NCBI GenBank assembly: GCA_946624925.1
Contig: CAMOSO010000069.1
Location: forward strand, 14,170 to 78,169
Length of the DNA: 64,000 bases
Direction: 5' to 3'
From: an uncultured Bacteroidales bacterium
GTDB lineage: Bacteria > Bacteroidota > Bacteroidia > Bacteroidales > UBA3824
In this document: positions 45,127-54,834 of the stretch, piece after piece
Layout: every line of letters begins with the position of its first letter
Position numbering within the stretch: the first letter of the stretch is position 1
Program-made: the position numbers and the translations under genes
The notes under the pieces: generated by a model
Seen by the model: the letters and a program-made list of their open reading frames with translations, nothing else
Told to the model about the DNA's origin: nothing
The model's database searches: none

Positions 45127-45522
45127 TCAAGCCTCGCCTACTAATTTCATCTCAAGGTCGATGCCTATGGACGACGCGAGGTCTTCTGCGTTTTCGCAAC
45201 TCGATTCGTCACCGTCTTCATAATACCATATCGCTGAGACTTTGGTGCCGCTGGCTGTGCCAATTTGTTTGAGTTTTTTGAGTATGTCTGCAAATTTGCG
45301 CAGTGATGCCGAGTTGTAGTATTCGAGGTTGAATACCATTTGGGTCTCTTGGTTGGGCTGCATGCCGTATTCGTCGAGCCATTCGAGCACAGGCCCGTAC
45401 ACAGCTTCTGAATCTTCTGGCAGCGAGCGTCCTTCTATCAAAAATACGCCTTCTTCCTTGTCGAAAACCATCCTCGGATAAAAATCCGACTTCGCTCTAT
45501 AAATTTTTCTAAGGTTACTCAT
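45127..45522 (-). CDS. DUF1987 / SiaC-family regulatory protein
   Basis: 131 aa. MVFDKEEGVFLIEGRSLPEDSEAVYGPVLEWLDEY...FNLEYYNSASLRKFADILKKL is the typical DUF1987 pattern. Confidence 0.75.
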   Translation of the reverse strand: MSNLRKIYRAKSDFYPRMVFDKEEGVFLIEGRSLPEDSEAVYGPVLEWLDEYGMQPNQETQMVFNLEYYNSASLRKFADILKKLKQIGTASGTKVSAIWYYEDGDESSCENAEDLASSIGIDLEMKLVGEA

Positions 45523-45540
45523 AATAGTGTTATATGATAA

Positions 45541-46626
45541 TTACAGTTTTGCTGTCATTGACAATAATTGTACAGGGGCGTCGCCGTCCACGGTGCAGTC
45601 GATGCCGCCGATGCTGTCGCGTGCTACGTCTATGAGACCGAGCCCTGATGATATAGTTGTGTCGTCGTGTCCTTCGCGAAGCACACGTTTATAATAATCG
45701 TCGAGTTGTTCGCGTGTCATCGAATTGAGCTTGCCGACGTATTCCAGCAGCCGTTGCGCGGCGTTGGAGCTGATGCCGTTGGACGCGCTCACTACAAACG
45801 ATGCGCCGTCGTAGCCCATCGAAAACAATCCTTCCCTTCTGCCGTCATCTGTCTGTGCGGCGTGGCGGGCGATGTTTTGGAGCATCTCTACAAGTATGTG
45901 ATATACACTCCGTTGTGTGCGCAGGCTCTCCTCGCTGATGTTGTTTTCTGCCATGGATAATATCGGGTTGATGGCAGATTGACGGAAGTCGCCTTTGAGC
46001 GCGATGAATCTGCCGTTTTGCTCCATCAACTTCTTGATATTTTTGGTGGCTGATATTGGCAATGCGGGCGAATCGTCTTCGGGGTTGTCCTTGAGCCTTA
46101 GTTGGAAGTAGAAAAACGACCTTTCTGAATCTATCTCCACAAAATCGAAGTCGAGCTTTTCCTTGGTCTTGCGCACCATCTCCATAAAACCGAGACCCGC
46201 GCCGCCTTGCTTGGAAATCTTTTTGTTTTGGAGCGTCATCATAAAAAGTTTCTTCAAATCCTCTGGCGAAAGCGAATTTACACGCTCCAACTTTTCGCGC
46301 ATGGGCGCAATGTTGACGTTCTCCACGTAGTTGCCGGTGGTGATATAGTAGCTGCCTTTATGTTTGCGCACGATGAACACTTCGCCGGAGGTCATCTCGG
46401 CGGCGCGTCCGGCAAGCCCGTAGCGGAGGATGTTTTGGAAACTCTCAATCATTAGGAACGAGAGCTTGTTTTTCTTGCCCTCCGACTCCACGGTCTGCGA
46501 AATATGCCCTTTGAGTATCTCTGTAGCAAATCCGAGCACAGAATTGTCGAACTTGCCAAGATACACGAAACTCAGGTCGTCTGCCCCAAGTTCGCTGTAT
46601 AATATGCTGTTGGTGGTATCTGACAT
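45541..46626 (-). CDS. SiaB-like (GHKL-fold, anti-sigma-kinase-like) protein with two tandem kinase-like modules
   Basis: 361 aa. Module 1 has LSFLMIESFQNILRYG...GGAGLGFMEMVRKT. Module 2 has VYHILVEMLQNIARHA...SGLGLIDVARDS. It lies 18 nt upstream of the DUF1987 gene. Confidence 0.6.
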   Translation of the reverse strand: MSDTTNSILYSELGADDLSFVYLGKFDNSVLGFATEILKGHISQTVESEGKKNKLSFLMIESFQNILRYGLAGRAAEMTSGEVFIVRKHKGSYYITTGNYVENVNIAPMREKLERVNSLSPEDLKKLFMMTLQNKKISKQGGAGLGFMEMVRKTKEKLDFDFVEIDSERSFFYFQLRLKDNPEDDSPALPISATKNIKKLMEQNGRFIALKGDFRQSAINPILSMAENNISEESLRTQRSVYHILVEMLQNIARHAAQTDDGRREGLFSMGYDGASFVVSASNGISSNAAQRLLEYVGKLNSMTREQLDDYYKRVLREGHDDTTISSGLGLIDVARDSIGGIDCTVDGDAPVQLLSMTAKL

Positions 46627-46687
46627 AGCAAATTTAAGTCTAAATCATAAATTTGATTAAAATTCGGCATAAAATTAAAAAATTCAT

Positions 46688-46695
46688 TACTTTTG
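46688..46695 (+). promoter_or_regulatory. Candidate -7 promoter box TAnnTTTG (TACTTTTG)
   Basis: 34 nt upstream of the ATG at 46729. Confidence 0.35.
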
Positions 46696-46728
46696 CGGAA
46701 ATTATTATGAAGATTTTTTTTCGTAAAA

Positions 46729-49359
46729 ATGAAAATTATAACAAAAATAGTATTTTTGCTATGCTGCATCGCCTTTTTGACGGTGGGCTCAGCATCCGCC
46801 ACCCACAACAGGGCGGGCGAAATTGTCTATAAACATATCTCCGGATACCGTTATCAGATTATTGTATATACCTATTGTTATACGCTCACGGAGGCGGACA
46901 GGGACGAACTCGAGGTCGATTGCGGCGACGGCACGGGAAAAGTAACGGTAAAACGCACATCCGAAACTTTTCTCGACGAGGTAAATGCTTTGTCATTTTC
47001 CTACTTGAAAAAAAATGTCTATTACGGCGAGCACACCTTTTCGGGTCCCGGCACATACGTATTATATATGGAGGACCCCAACCGAAACGAGGGCGTCACC
47101 AACATTCCTAACTCCGTAAACGTTGTATTTGCCATCAAGACTACGCTCAAGATAGACGGCACGATAGGCAACAATAGTTCGCCGGAGCTGCTCAATGCCC
47201 CTATGGACAAGGCGGCTCTCCACAAGACCTTTGTACACAATCCCGGCGCATACGACCCCGACGGCGACAGCCTTTCGTATCGCATTGCCACTTGCCTGCA
47301 ACAAGATGGACAGGAGATTGTTGGCTATACGCTGCCTCCTGTTACCGATTCCATTTATGTAAACCCAACTACGGGCGATTTTGTTTGGGAGCGTCCCTCG
47401 CAGGTGGGCACTTACAATGTCGCGATGTGGATAGAGGAATGGCGCAATGGTGTCAAGATAGGTCAGGTATTGCGCGATATTCAGGTGGATGTCATTGATA
47501 CCGACAATCATACCCCAATCATCGACAATACCGGCAATCATTGTGTAATTGCGGGCGATTTGTTGGAATTTAATGTTACGGCTACCGACCCCGACAACGA
47601 CAGGATGAAGATGACTGCTTCTGGCGGCCCGCTTGCTGTGGCTAATTCGCCTGCTACATTCACCGATGTAAAATCGTGGACGCACAAGCCCGTTGGACGT
47701 TTTTCGTGGCAGACTACGCAAGACCATGTCCGCCGTATGCCTTACGAACTTCTTGTGAAGGCTTATGACGACGATTGGAAAGTGCCGCTCACTGCATACC
47801 GCACTATTAATATAAGGGTGATAGCCCCGCATCCTAACATCACTTCAATGACGCCCAACAATACCGAAATCAAGATTGAATGGGACAACGGCGGCAACGA
47901 AAAGGCGACGGGCTACAAGATTTACCGCAAAGACAAGATTCTTGACGAGTACGATCCCGGAGTCTGTGAGACTGGAATCCGCGAAGGCACGGGTTACAAG
48001 CTCATCGCTGAAATCCACGACGGCAATCAGTTGATGTATGTCGATAGCGACGGCGGCAAGGGACTGCCGAGCGGATTTGTATATACTTATAGAATTACAG
48101 CCGTATTTGAGGACGGAGCGGAGAGTCAGCCGTCGCCGCCGGAACACAGGATTCTGGTGAGGGGGCTTATTGCAATGACCAATGTATCAGTACAGAGCAC
48201 CGACGAAAACAATGGCGATGTCTTCGTGGCGTGGACTACGCCGATAGAGCCTATCGACCCCGACCTGATGGTGCCGCCGTTCCAATACAAGATACAAGCG
48301 GCGGACAATAAAGATGCAGGTGTCAATCATTTTGCCGATACCTACGAACTGGAAGATACCACTTATATCAATAAGGGCATCGACACCAAAAACAACAGTT
48401 CCGAATACCTTGTTACCTTCTTCTACACCGACCCGAAGACTAGCACTCTCCGCGACAACGGTGCATCAGACAAGGCGTCGTCGGTATTCATTACCCTCAA
48501 ACCTTCCGACCGTCGTGTAACCATCTCCCACGTTGCCAATACTCCGTGGAAAAACGACCTCTTTGAGATTTACCGCAAAGACCCGGACAGCGATGATTTT
48601 GTGAAAGTGGGCGAGACCGACAAGGATGCTTACACCGACTATAACCTTGTCAATGGTCAGGAGTACGGTTACAAGATAAAGACTATTGGTTATTACTCCG
48701 CGCCGGGACTGCCCACCCACATCGAAAACTGGTCGCAGGAGGCATACGCCACGCCAGTTGATACCATTGCGCCCTGTGTGGAGCTTACCACAATATCCAA
48801 TTGCGACGAGGGTTACAATCTGCTCACGTGGCATCCCGACACTGTGTGCGGTCTTGGCATCGAAAAATACACAATTTGGTTTTCCGAAACATTGGAAGGC
48901 ACGCTCACCAAAATAGATGAGACCAAGCCCGACATCAACGAATACAAACATGCTCCCATCAACGGACTTGCTGGATGCTATGCCGTTTCAGCTCGCGATT
49001 CAGCCGGCAACGACGGAATGCCCTCGCAAAAGATTTGTGTCGATATGTGCGACTATTACCGCCTGCCCAACGTGTTCACCCCAAACGGCGACGGCAAAAA
49101 CGACCTTTACCATCCGTTGCCATATCAATTCATCGACCATATCGAGATGACCATCACCAACCGTTGGGGCAAGGTGGTGTATGAGACCACCGACCCCGAC
49201 ATCAATTGGGACGGCACCGACAAAAACAACGGTTCGGCAGTGCCTGACGGCGTGTATTATTACCGGTGCATAGTGTACGAGCGACGGCTCACTGGATTGG
49301 AAGACCGCGAAATAAGCGGATACATCACAGTATTCACCAAGAAATCAAAAACAAACTAA
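46729..49359 (+). CDS. Large secreted protein with Ig/cadherin-like and FN3-like repeats and a type-B T9SS C-terminal sorting domain (gliding-motility-associated CTD)
   Basis: 876 aa with a signal peptide. Repeats include DPDGDSLSYRIATC and TATDPDNDRMKMTASGGP. The CTD reads YYRLPNVFTPNGDGKNDLYHPL...MTITNRWGKVVYETTDPDINWDGTDKNNGSAVPDGVYYYRCIVYE. Confidence 0.8.
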   Translation: MKIITKIVFLLCCIAFLTVGSASATHNRAGEIVYKHISGYRYQIIVYTYCYTLTEADRDELEVDCGDGTGKVTVKRTSETFLDEVNALSFSYLKKNVYYGEHTFSGPGTYVLYMEDPNRNEGVTNIPNSVNVVFAIKTTLKIDGTIGNNSSPELLNAPMDKAALHKTFVHNPGAYDPDGDSLSYRIATCLQQDGQEIVGYTLPPVTDSIYVNPTTGDFVWERPSQVGTYNVAMWIEEWRNGVKIGQVLRDIQVDVIDTDNHTPIIDNTGNHCVIAGDLLEFNVTATDPDNDRMKMTASGGPLAVANSPATFTDVKSWTHKPVGRFSWQTTQDHVRRMPYELLVKAYDDDWKVPLTAYRTINIRVIAPHPNITSMTPNNTEIKIEWDNGGNEKATGYKIYRKDKILDEYDPGVCETGIREGTGYKLIAEIHDGNQLMYVDSDGGKGLPSGFVYTYRITAVFEDGAESQPSPPEHRILVRGLIAMTNVSVQSTDENNGDVFVAWTTPIEPIDPDLMVPPFQYKIQAADNKDAGVNHFADTYELEDTTYINKGIDTKNNSSEYLVTFFYTDPKTSTLRDNGASDKASSVFITLKPSDRRVTISHVANTPWKNDLFEIYRKDPDSDDFVKVGETDKDAYTDYNLVNGQEYGYKIKTIGYYSAPGLPTHIENWSQEAYATPVDTIAPCVELTTISNCDEGYNLLTWHPDTVCGLGIEKYTIWFSETLEGTLTKIDETKPDINEYKHAPINGLAGCYAVSARDSAGNDGMPSQKICVDMCDYYRLPNVFTPNGDGKNDLYHPLPYQFIDHIEMTITNRWGKVVYETTDPDINWDGTDKNNGSAVPDGVYYYRCIVYERRLTGLEDREISGYITVFTKKSKTN

Positions 49360-49360
49360 A

Positions 49361-50173
49361 ATGAAGACGTACAGACTTATTATAATAATAGTGTCGGCAA
49401 TGTTGACAACGCTCACCGCAACGGCGCAGCGCGGCGACATCGACGGCGACCTCCAATACGCCGAATACCTTGTCAACAATGGCAAGAGTGCGCTTGCATA
49501 TTCAGAGCTTAATAAGATAATATCGCAATCGCCGTCATCGCATTTTGCATATTACCTCCGCGCCCTCAATTATTACAACAACGGCAATGCCAAATCCGCG
49601 CTCTACGACATCGACCAAGCTCTCCGCCGCCGTCCTAATTCCGCCGACTACCTCGCGCTCAAAGGCGACATCCTTACATTGAACGGCAAGTACGGCAAGG
49701 CGGCTGAAATTTACGCCAAGGCGGTACGTGACGAGGACGCGCCGCCGCAACGCATATACGCCGCCGCATCGGCATATATGCGCGACAAGGATTACGCCAA
49801 CGCCGCCAAATACGCCGAGCGTCTTCTCGACCTTGCGCCCGACAGCGATTCTGCCAAGATGCTCGCCGCCGAGATTTTTATCAACGACAACAACACTACC
49901 GACGCACTCAGAATCATCAACACCGTGGCGGCGCACAACGCGCAATTTCACCGGCTTAGGGGCATTGCATATTGCAAATCGCAGATGAACAATTATGCAA
50001 TCGCCGACCTCAACGCCGCTCTCGACATCGACCCCACAATGTCCGACATATATGTATGGCGTGGCATCGCCAAATATCAATCGGGCGACAGGAAGGGGGC
50101 TCACAACGATTGGAATGTCGCAGTATCCAAGCGTCAATACGAAGCCTCCAACCTGCTCCAAAAATACAGATAG
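49361..50173 (+). CDS. Secreted TPR-repeat protein
   Basis: 270 aa with a signal peptide. TPR units include AYYLRALNYYNNGNAKSALYDIDQALRRRPNSADYLALKGDI and IYVWRGIAKYQSGDRKGAHNDWNVA. Confidence 0.7.
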   Translation: MKTYRLIIIIVSAMLTTLTATAQRGDIDGDLQYAEYLVNNGKSALAYSELNKIISQSPSSHFAYYLRALNYYNNGNAKSALYDIDQALRRRPNSADYLALKGDILTLNGKYGKAAEIYAKAVRDEDAPPQRIYAAASAYMRDKDYANAAKYAERLLDLAPDSDSAKMLAAEIFINDNNTTDALRIINTVAAHNAQFHRLRGIAYCKSQMNNYAIADLNAALDIDPTMSDIYVWRGIAKYQSGDRKGAHNDWNVAVSKRQYEASNLLQKYR

Positions 50174-50179
50174 CGCAAT

Positions 50180-51208
50180 ATGGCAGAAAAAAAGACTATA
50201 CTCCGCAAGATCAAAGTTCTTATTTACAAGTTGAAGCGCAAGCGTTTCAACCAAAATACCTTCACCTATTTGGTAATGGTGATGATTGCCCTTACATTCT
50301 GGTTTATCAACAAGGTGGGCAGTACCATCACCAACGAATCGGATTTCAAGGTAGAATATTATGGACTGCCAACCAACAGTATGCTCGTGCCGGGTGTTAC
50401 CACCGATGTACTCAAGATTACACTTTCGGCGCGAGGCGCATTGCTGCTTACGCACAGGGGCGGATATTCGCCAATAAGGATAGACCTTTCAAAACTCGAC
50501 ATCAGGACTTTCCCTGAATCGGATTCAACGCTCAAATTCGTTACCGACGACGACATCCGCGCACAAGTGGAGGCGCAGATGCCCGCCGACTACAAGTTTA
50601 TATCGCTCCGTCCCGACACCATCAAGCTCGATTTTGGCAATCTCCGCAATGCAAAAGTGCCTGTAATACTCGACCATTCAATCACTTTTGAAAAACAATA
50701 TCGGCTCTCCGGCGAACCAACATTGCAGCCCGACAGCATCACGATAGGCGGACCCGCCATCATCGTGGATACCATCACAGCCATCCACACAGAGCTTCTC
50801 ACCCTCAATCAGCTTAGCAAATCAACGGTGCAGAAAGTGAGGCTCGTGATTCCTGACGGCGTAGATTGTCCGCTCACGTCCACCGACGCCACAATCAGCG
50901 TAGAAAAATTTACCGAACATTCCATCGAAGTCCCCATACGTACCGTCAATGTGCCAGACAGTGTTAATCTCAGGATTTTTTCGCAAAAAGCTCTCATCAG
51001 GTTCAATGTGGGATGGAGCAATTACAACAAAATTTCCCAGGATATGTTTGCCGCCGAAATCGATTATAATGATCTTGTGGGAATCACGCGCCCGCAATTC
51101 TTGACAGTCAGGATTGCAAAACAGCCTGACAACATGGGTGTTGCCAATATTTCGATATCCCCCGAAATTGTAGAATACCTCATCGAAAAACAATCTCCTA
51201 AGCAATGA
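50180..51208 (+). CDS. YbbR-like domain protein
   Basis: 342 aa with an N-terminal TM FTYLVMVMIALTFWFI and repeated YbbR-like beta modules. A 4-nt ATGA overlap with coaE is a common Bacteroidota arrangement. Confidence 0.6.
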   Translation: MAEKKTILRKIKVLIYKLKRKRFNQNTFTYLVMVMIALTFWFINKVGSTITNESDFKVEYYGLPTNSMLVPGVTTDVLKITLSARGALLLTHRGGYSPIRIDLSKLDIRTFPESDSTLKFVTDDDIRAQVEAQMPADYKFISLRPDTIKLDFGNLRNAKVPVILDHSITFEKQYRLSGEPTLQPDSITIGGPAIIVDTITAIHTELLTLNQLSKSTVQKVRLVIPDGVDCPLTSTDATISVEKFTEHSIEVPIRTVNVPDSVNLRIFSQKALIRFNVGWSNYNKISQDMFAAEIDYNDLVGITRPQFLTVRIAKQPDNMGVANISISPEIVEYLIEKQSPKQ

Positions 51209-51792
51209 AGACAATAGGACTTACAGGCGGCATTGGCAGTGGCAAAACCACAGTGTCGAAGATTTTTGAACAATGCGGAGTGCCGGTGTTCCGCTGCGAC
51301 GACGTGGCGCGCAACATCCAAAATACCGACCCTCGTGCCGTCCAAGGTATGAAGGCGATGTTTGGCGATGACATCTATACCGTTGATGGCTCGCTCGATC
51401 GTCGCCGCGTGGCGTCCGTCGTATTCGCCGATTCGGGAATCCTCGCACGTCTCAATTCCTTGATTCATCCGCTCGTCCGCGACGCATTTGCCAAGTTTGC
51501 CGACAATAATGCCGCCGAGCCGCTTATCCTCATGGAAAGTGCAATTTTGATACAAAGTGGTTTTTATCGACAGGCTGATTTTTGTGTGCATGTAGCCGCA
51601 CCTCTCGATATTCGTATCGCCCGCGTAATGCAGCGCGATCACGCCACGTATGAACAAGTGTTGGCACGAATCAACAATCAAATGCCCGATGACGTAATCG
51701 CAAAATATTGCAAGTACCAGATTATCAACGAAGATTTGGCGGCGGTTAGGTTGCAAGTGGAGTCGATTGTTGCTAATGAAAAAATAATTTAA
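51205..51792 (+). CDS. coaE: Dephospho-CoA kinase
   Basis: 195 aa. IGLTGGIGSGKTTVSKIF P-loop. Confidence 0.9.
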   Translation: MKTIGLTGGIGSGKTTVSKIFEQCGVPVFRCDDVARNIQNTDPRAVQGMKAMFGDDIYTVDGSLDRRRVASVVFADSGILARLNSLIHPLVRDAFAKFADNNAAEPLILMESAILIQSGFYRQADFCVHVAAPLDIRIARVMQRDHATYEQVLARINNQMPDDVIAKYCKYQIINEDLAAVRLQVESIVANEKII

Positions 51793-51895
51793 AAATAAAT
51801 TAACAAAAACGAAACCTTTTTGAAACTTTTTCGTTATATAAAGCAAACAAGGGCTACTTTTCTTAAAAAATGACACATCAAAACAATAGGCTGAG

Positions 51896-51937
51896 ACTCA
51901 GGACCGGAGAGTAATTTTTTGGTTCTGAGTTTTTTTC
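51896..51937 (+). terminator. Intrinsic terminator downstream of coaE
   Basis: ACTCAGGACC / GGTTCTGAGT stem (one G-U pair) followed by ttttttt. Confidence 0.6.
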
Positions 51938-52009
51938 GTTGTAAAAAACTTGGTAATTTGCCCAAAAATTGTTATAATTGCAGCTTGAATTCTAACGTAA
52001 ATATGCATT

Positions 52010-52768
52010 ATGAAAAAAATATTGCCATATATAATCTTGATTGTTGCAACGTGCCTTGTCGCCTGCGAGGACGACGGTATCAACGGCATTGGAGAAAGCA
52101 ACATCACTAAGAAAAATGATTTTTTGAATGTGCCATACGACACTACCGGATCCATTGTCGGACATTCTTATGTTGACATTGGCGTGAGCGTATTGTGGGC
52201 TACATGCAATATCAACGCCACGCATCCCCTTATGTCAGGTTCGTATTTCGCATGGGGTGAGACGATGCCAAAGGAAGTTTATTCTTGGGACAATTACAAG
52301 TATTGCAAAGGCAAAAACCTGCTCACCAAATACAATTTCAAGAAGGAGTCGGGCAACGATGAGATGGTAGATTCTATCTACACCCTTGAGGCTGAGGACG
52401 ATGCCGCTGTTCAAAACTGGGGCGGTGGCTGGCGTATGCCCACCGTGAAGGAATTTGACGAGCTTCGCAACCTATGCGAGTGGGTGTGGGTGAATGGTGA
52501 AAGCGCCAATTATTATAAGGTAACGGGTCCAAACGGCAAGTCGATATTGCTGCCTGCATGTGGCTACATGAATGGACGCAAGCCCGTAATGTATATGGAA
52601 AACGGTTGCATTTGGTCGTCGAGCATCTCCGTAAGTATTCCAACCCACGGCTACGAGCTTACACAATACGCCACCGGGTTTTGGATTGGCAGTGCCGACC
52701 GTTTTTACGGAGAGCCAATACGTCCCGTGATTGATTCTAAAAATATTGTTAACACTTCTAAACCCTGA
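52010..52768 (+). CDS. Lipoprotein with a DUF1566/FISUMP-like (C-type-lectin-like) domain
   Basis: 252 aa. Lipobox LVACEDD. VLWATCNINA, GSYFAWGET, WRMPTVKEFDELRNLCEWVW, LLPACGYMNG, IWSSS. Confidence 0.55.
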   Translation: MKKILPYIILIVATCLVACEDDGINGIGESNITKKNDFLNVPYDTTGSIVGHSYVDIGVSVLWATCNINATHPLMSGSYFAWGETMPKEVYSWDNYKYCKGKNLLTKYNFKKESGNDEMVDSIYTLEAEDDAAVQNWGGGWRMPTVKEFDELRNLCEWVWVNGESANYYKVTGPNGKSILLPACGYMNGRKPVMYMENGCIWSSSISVSIPTHGYELTQYATGFWIGSADRFYGEPIRPVIDSKNIVNTSKP

Positions 52769-52791
52769 TAGATTTACACAATTAATCCAAA

Positions 52792-53694
52792 ATGTGGATA
52801 CTGCCGGTAATTTTTTCCGCCATATTCTTGGGCGTATATGACGTTTGCAAAAAACAGTCGCTCAAAGAAAACGCCGTCCTTGTTGTAATGCTCATTTCGT
52901 CTGGCGCGTCGCTATTGTTGATGACGCCAATGCTCCTCGATTCGGCTTTCGGGCTTGGAATCCTGGACGGAACGCAATTTGCGGTTGGCGGCACTTGTCT
53001 CAAAAATCAACTCTACATCATCCTCAAAGCCTTCATCGTACAGGCGTCGTGGCTGTGCAACTTTTACGCGATGAAGCATCTGCCCATCTCAATTGTTGGC
53101 CCCGTGAGGTCGAGTGCGCCCGCCTGGACTCTGCTCGGCGCGGTATTGGTGCTTGGCGAAAGGCTCAACGCCTACCAGTGGCTCGGCGCGTCGATAATAC
53201 TCGTTTGCCTCTTTCTCTACGCCAATTACGGCAGAAAGGAAGGCATATCGTTCAAGCACAATATTTTTGTGTATCTCCTGATAGGCGGCACGCTGATTGG
53301 CTCTGTATCGGCGTTGTACGACAAATATCTGTTGCGTACCGTGATGCTCGATAGGATGGAAATGCAGGCGTGGTTTTCGTTGTATCAGTTTATATTGGCA
53401 TTGTGTATGATGCTTATTTTTTGGTATCCCACACGCAAGAAGACCACACCTTTTAAGTATAAGGCAACGATACCGATGATAGGCATCTTCCTCACCATCG
53501 CCGACTTCCTGTATTTTTACGGTTTGAGCTGCGACGGTGCGATGATTGGCATTGTGTCGTTGATACGCAGGAGCAATGTCATAATATCGTTCCTTGCGGG
53601 AGCATTGCTTTTCCACGAGCAGCACATTAGGCAAAAGGCATATATCCTCTGTGGTATTTTGGTGGGCGTGGCGATATTGTGCCTATGCAAATAG
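52792..53694 (+). CDS. EamA/DMT-superfamily transporter
   Basis: 300 aa with ~10 predicted TM helices in two internally similar halves. Confidence 0.65.
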   Translation: MWILPVIFSAIFLGVYDVCKKQSLKENAVLVVMLISSGASLLLMTPMLLDSAFGLGILDGTQFAVGGTCLKNQLYIILKAFIVQASWLCNFYAMKHLPISIVGPVRSSAPAWTLLGAVLVLGERLNAYQWLGASIILVCLFLYANYGRKEGISFKHNIFVYLLIGGTLIGSVSALYDKYLLRTVMLDRMEMQAWFSLYQFILALCMMLIFWYPTRKKTTPFKYKATIPMIGIFLTIADFLYFYGLSCDGAMIGIVSLIRRSNVIISFLAGALLFHEQHIRQKAYILCGILVGVAILCLCK

Positions 53695-53715
53695 TAATGA
53701 AATCACCTAAATGAA

Positions 53716-53749
53716 AAAAAGACGTACAATTAAATCTGTACGTCTTTTT
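53716..53749. terminator. Bidirectional intrinsic terminator between convergent genes
   Basis: AAAAAGACGTACA-attaaatc-TGTACGTCTTTTT. Confidence 0.75.
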
Positions 53750-53910
53750 TGATTAAAAAAAATCAAACAAACAATCAAATTTTTTACTGTAATCAATACA
53801 AAATATGAATTTTCTATGCTGCAAAATTACTGTTGTTTTCTGTTTTCCGCAATCCCAAAAATAAGGTATTTTCATTGGTCGATGCATCACTATTTTAAGG
53901 TATCAATTCC

Positions 53911-54833
53911 TCAAAAACTGCACTTTACTTTCACGAAAATTTCCGAATTTTTGTCGTACATTTTGAACATTCCTTTGTCGGCGTTGAAATAGTCGAACCC
54001 AAGGGCGATGTGCAACATATCGTTGACGGCATAATCGAATGTCGTGCGGTCATAAATGCCACCGTTGGTAACGTCGATGTAGGCAAATGTATTGATGTTG
54101 AGAGTGTTGCGGAACAGTTCTTTTGAAATTCTCACTGTTGCCGTGGAATTGTCGTTTTGGTAGGCATATTGAAAACTCAAATTCCAATCGCCGCCCGGAT
54201 AAAAGTCAAGTCCGAGAAGTGCGTTTGAAGTGTTTTTGAAGGTGATTTCACCATTCAAATCGGGCTGTTGCGCTTCGTCAAAATTTCAGTCATTGAAATC
54301 GCCCACGGATTTTCTTTTTCAAACGGCATTTCAAAAGTTTCAATTACGGGCGCAAAAACTAAATCCATTGAAAACGATTTTTTCGCAAATTTTAATCGCA
54401 AAGCGTTTTCGGGGATTCGGATGTCGTCATAATCTTGCGCGAGAAATTCGCTATAATCCATCGGCGAAATTAAGTCGGTGATTCTCAGCGCGTCAGCCAT
54501 GCCCCAAGTGATGATTTGACGCCCCGCACGTAGGTCAAAATTTCCGAAAGTTTGCGACACGTAAAGTTCCCTGATTTTGAAACCTGAATAATCTTTCAAC
54601 AACGAATTGTAAACTGCATTTGCCGAAAAAAACAATTCAGTGTGATTTTTTGCCAATGAAAGTTCGCTGCGAAGCCTTGTGCGTGATGACATCCAATCGT
54701 TTGGTTTGCTGCATCTTACGGCGTGGTAACTATCGGCAAATCCCTTCACTTTCACCGAAAAATCTCCGTCGCTATCCTGTGCATAGGCGGCGACGGAGAT
54801 TGACATTAACATAATAATTAATCGCAGTTTCAT
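53911..54833 (-). pseudogene. Outer-membrane beta-barrel gene of the MMPL/LolA-like cluster, split by a 1-nt frameshift
   Basis: ORFs 54255..54863 and 53911..54258 are contiguous. The upstream part has signal peptide MKLRLIIMLMSISVAAYAQ and the downstream part ends in ...FVKVKCSF (terminal Phe). Adding one A in the run at 54280-54283 (plus strand caaaatttc) joins them as ...ENPWAISMTENFDEAQQPDLNGEITFK.... Confidence 0.6.
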
Positions 54834-54834
54834 T

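Noticed and set aside
46629-46636. A TAAATTTG box immediately upstream of the SiaB-like start codon, considered as its promoter.
   Set aside because: It ends 2 nt from the ATG at 46626, so transcription would start inside the CDS. Either the promoter lies further upstream, or the match is fortuitous in AT-rich DNA.
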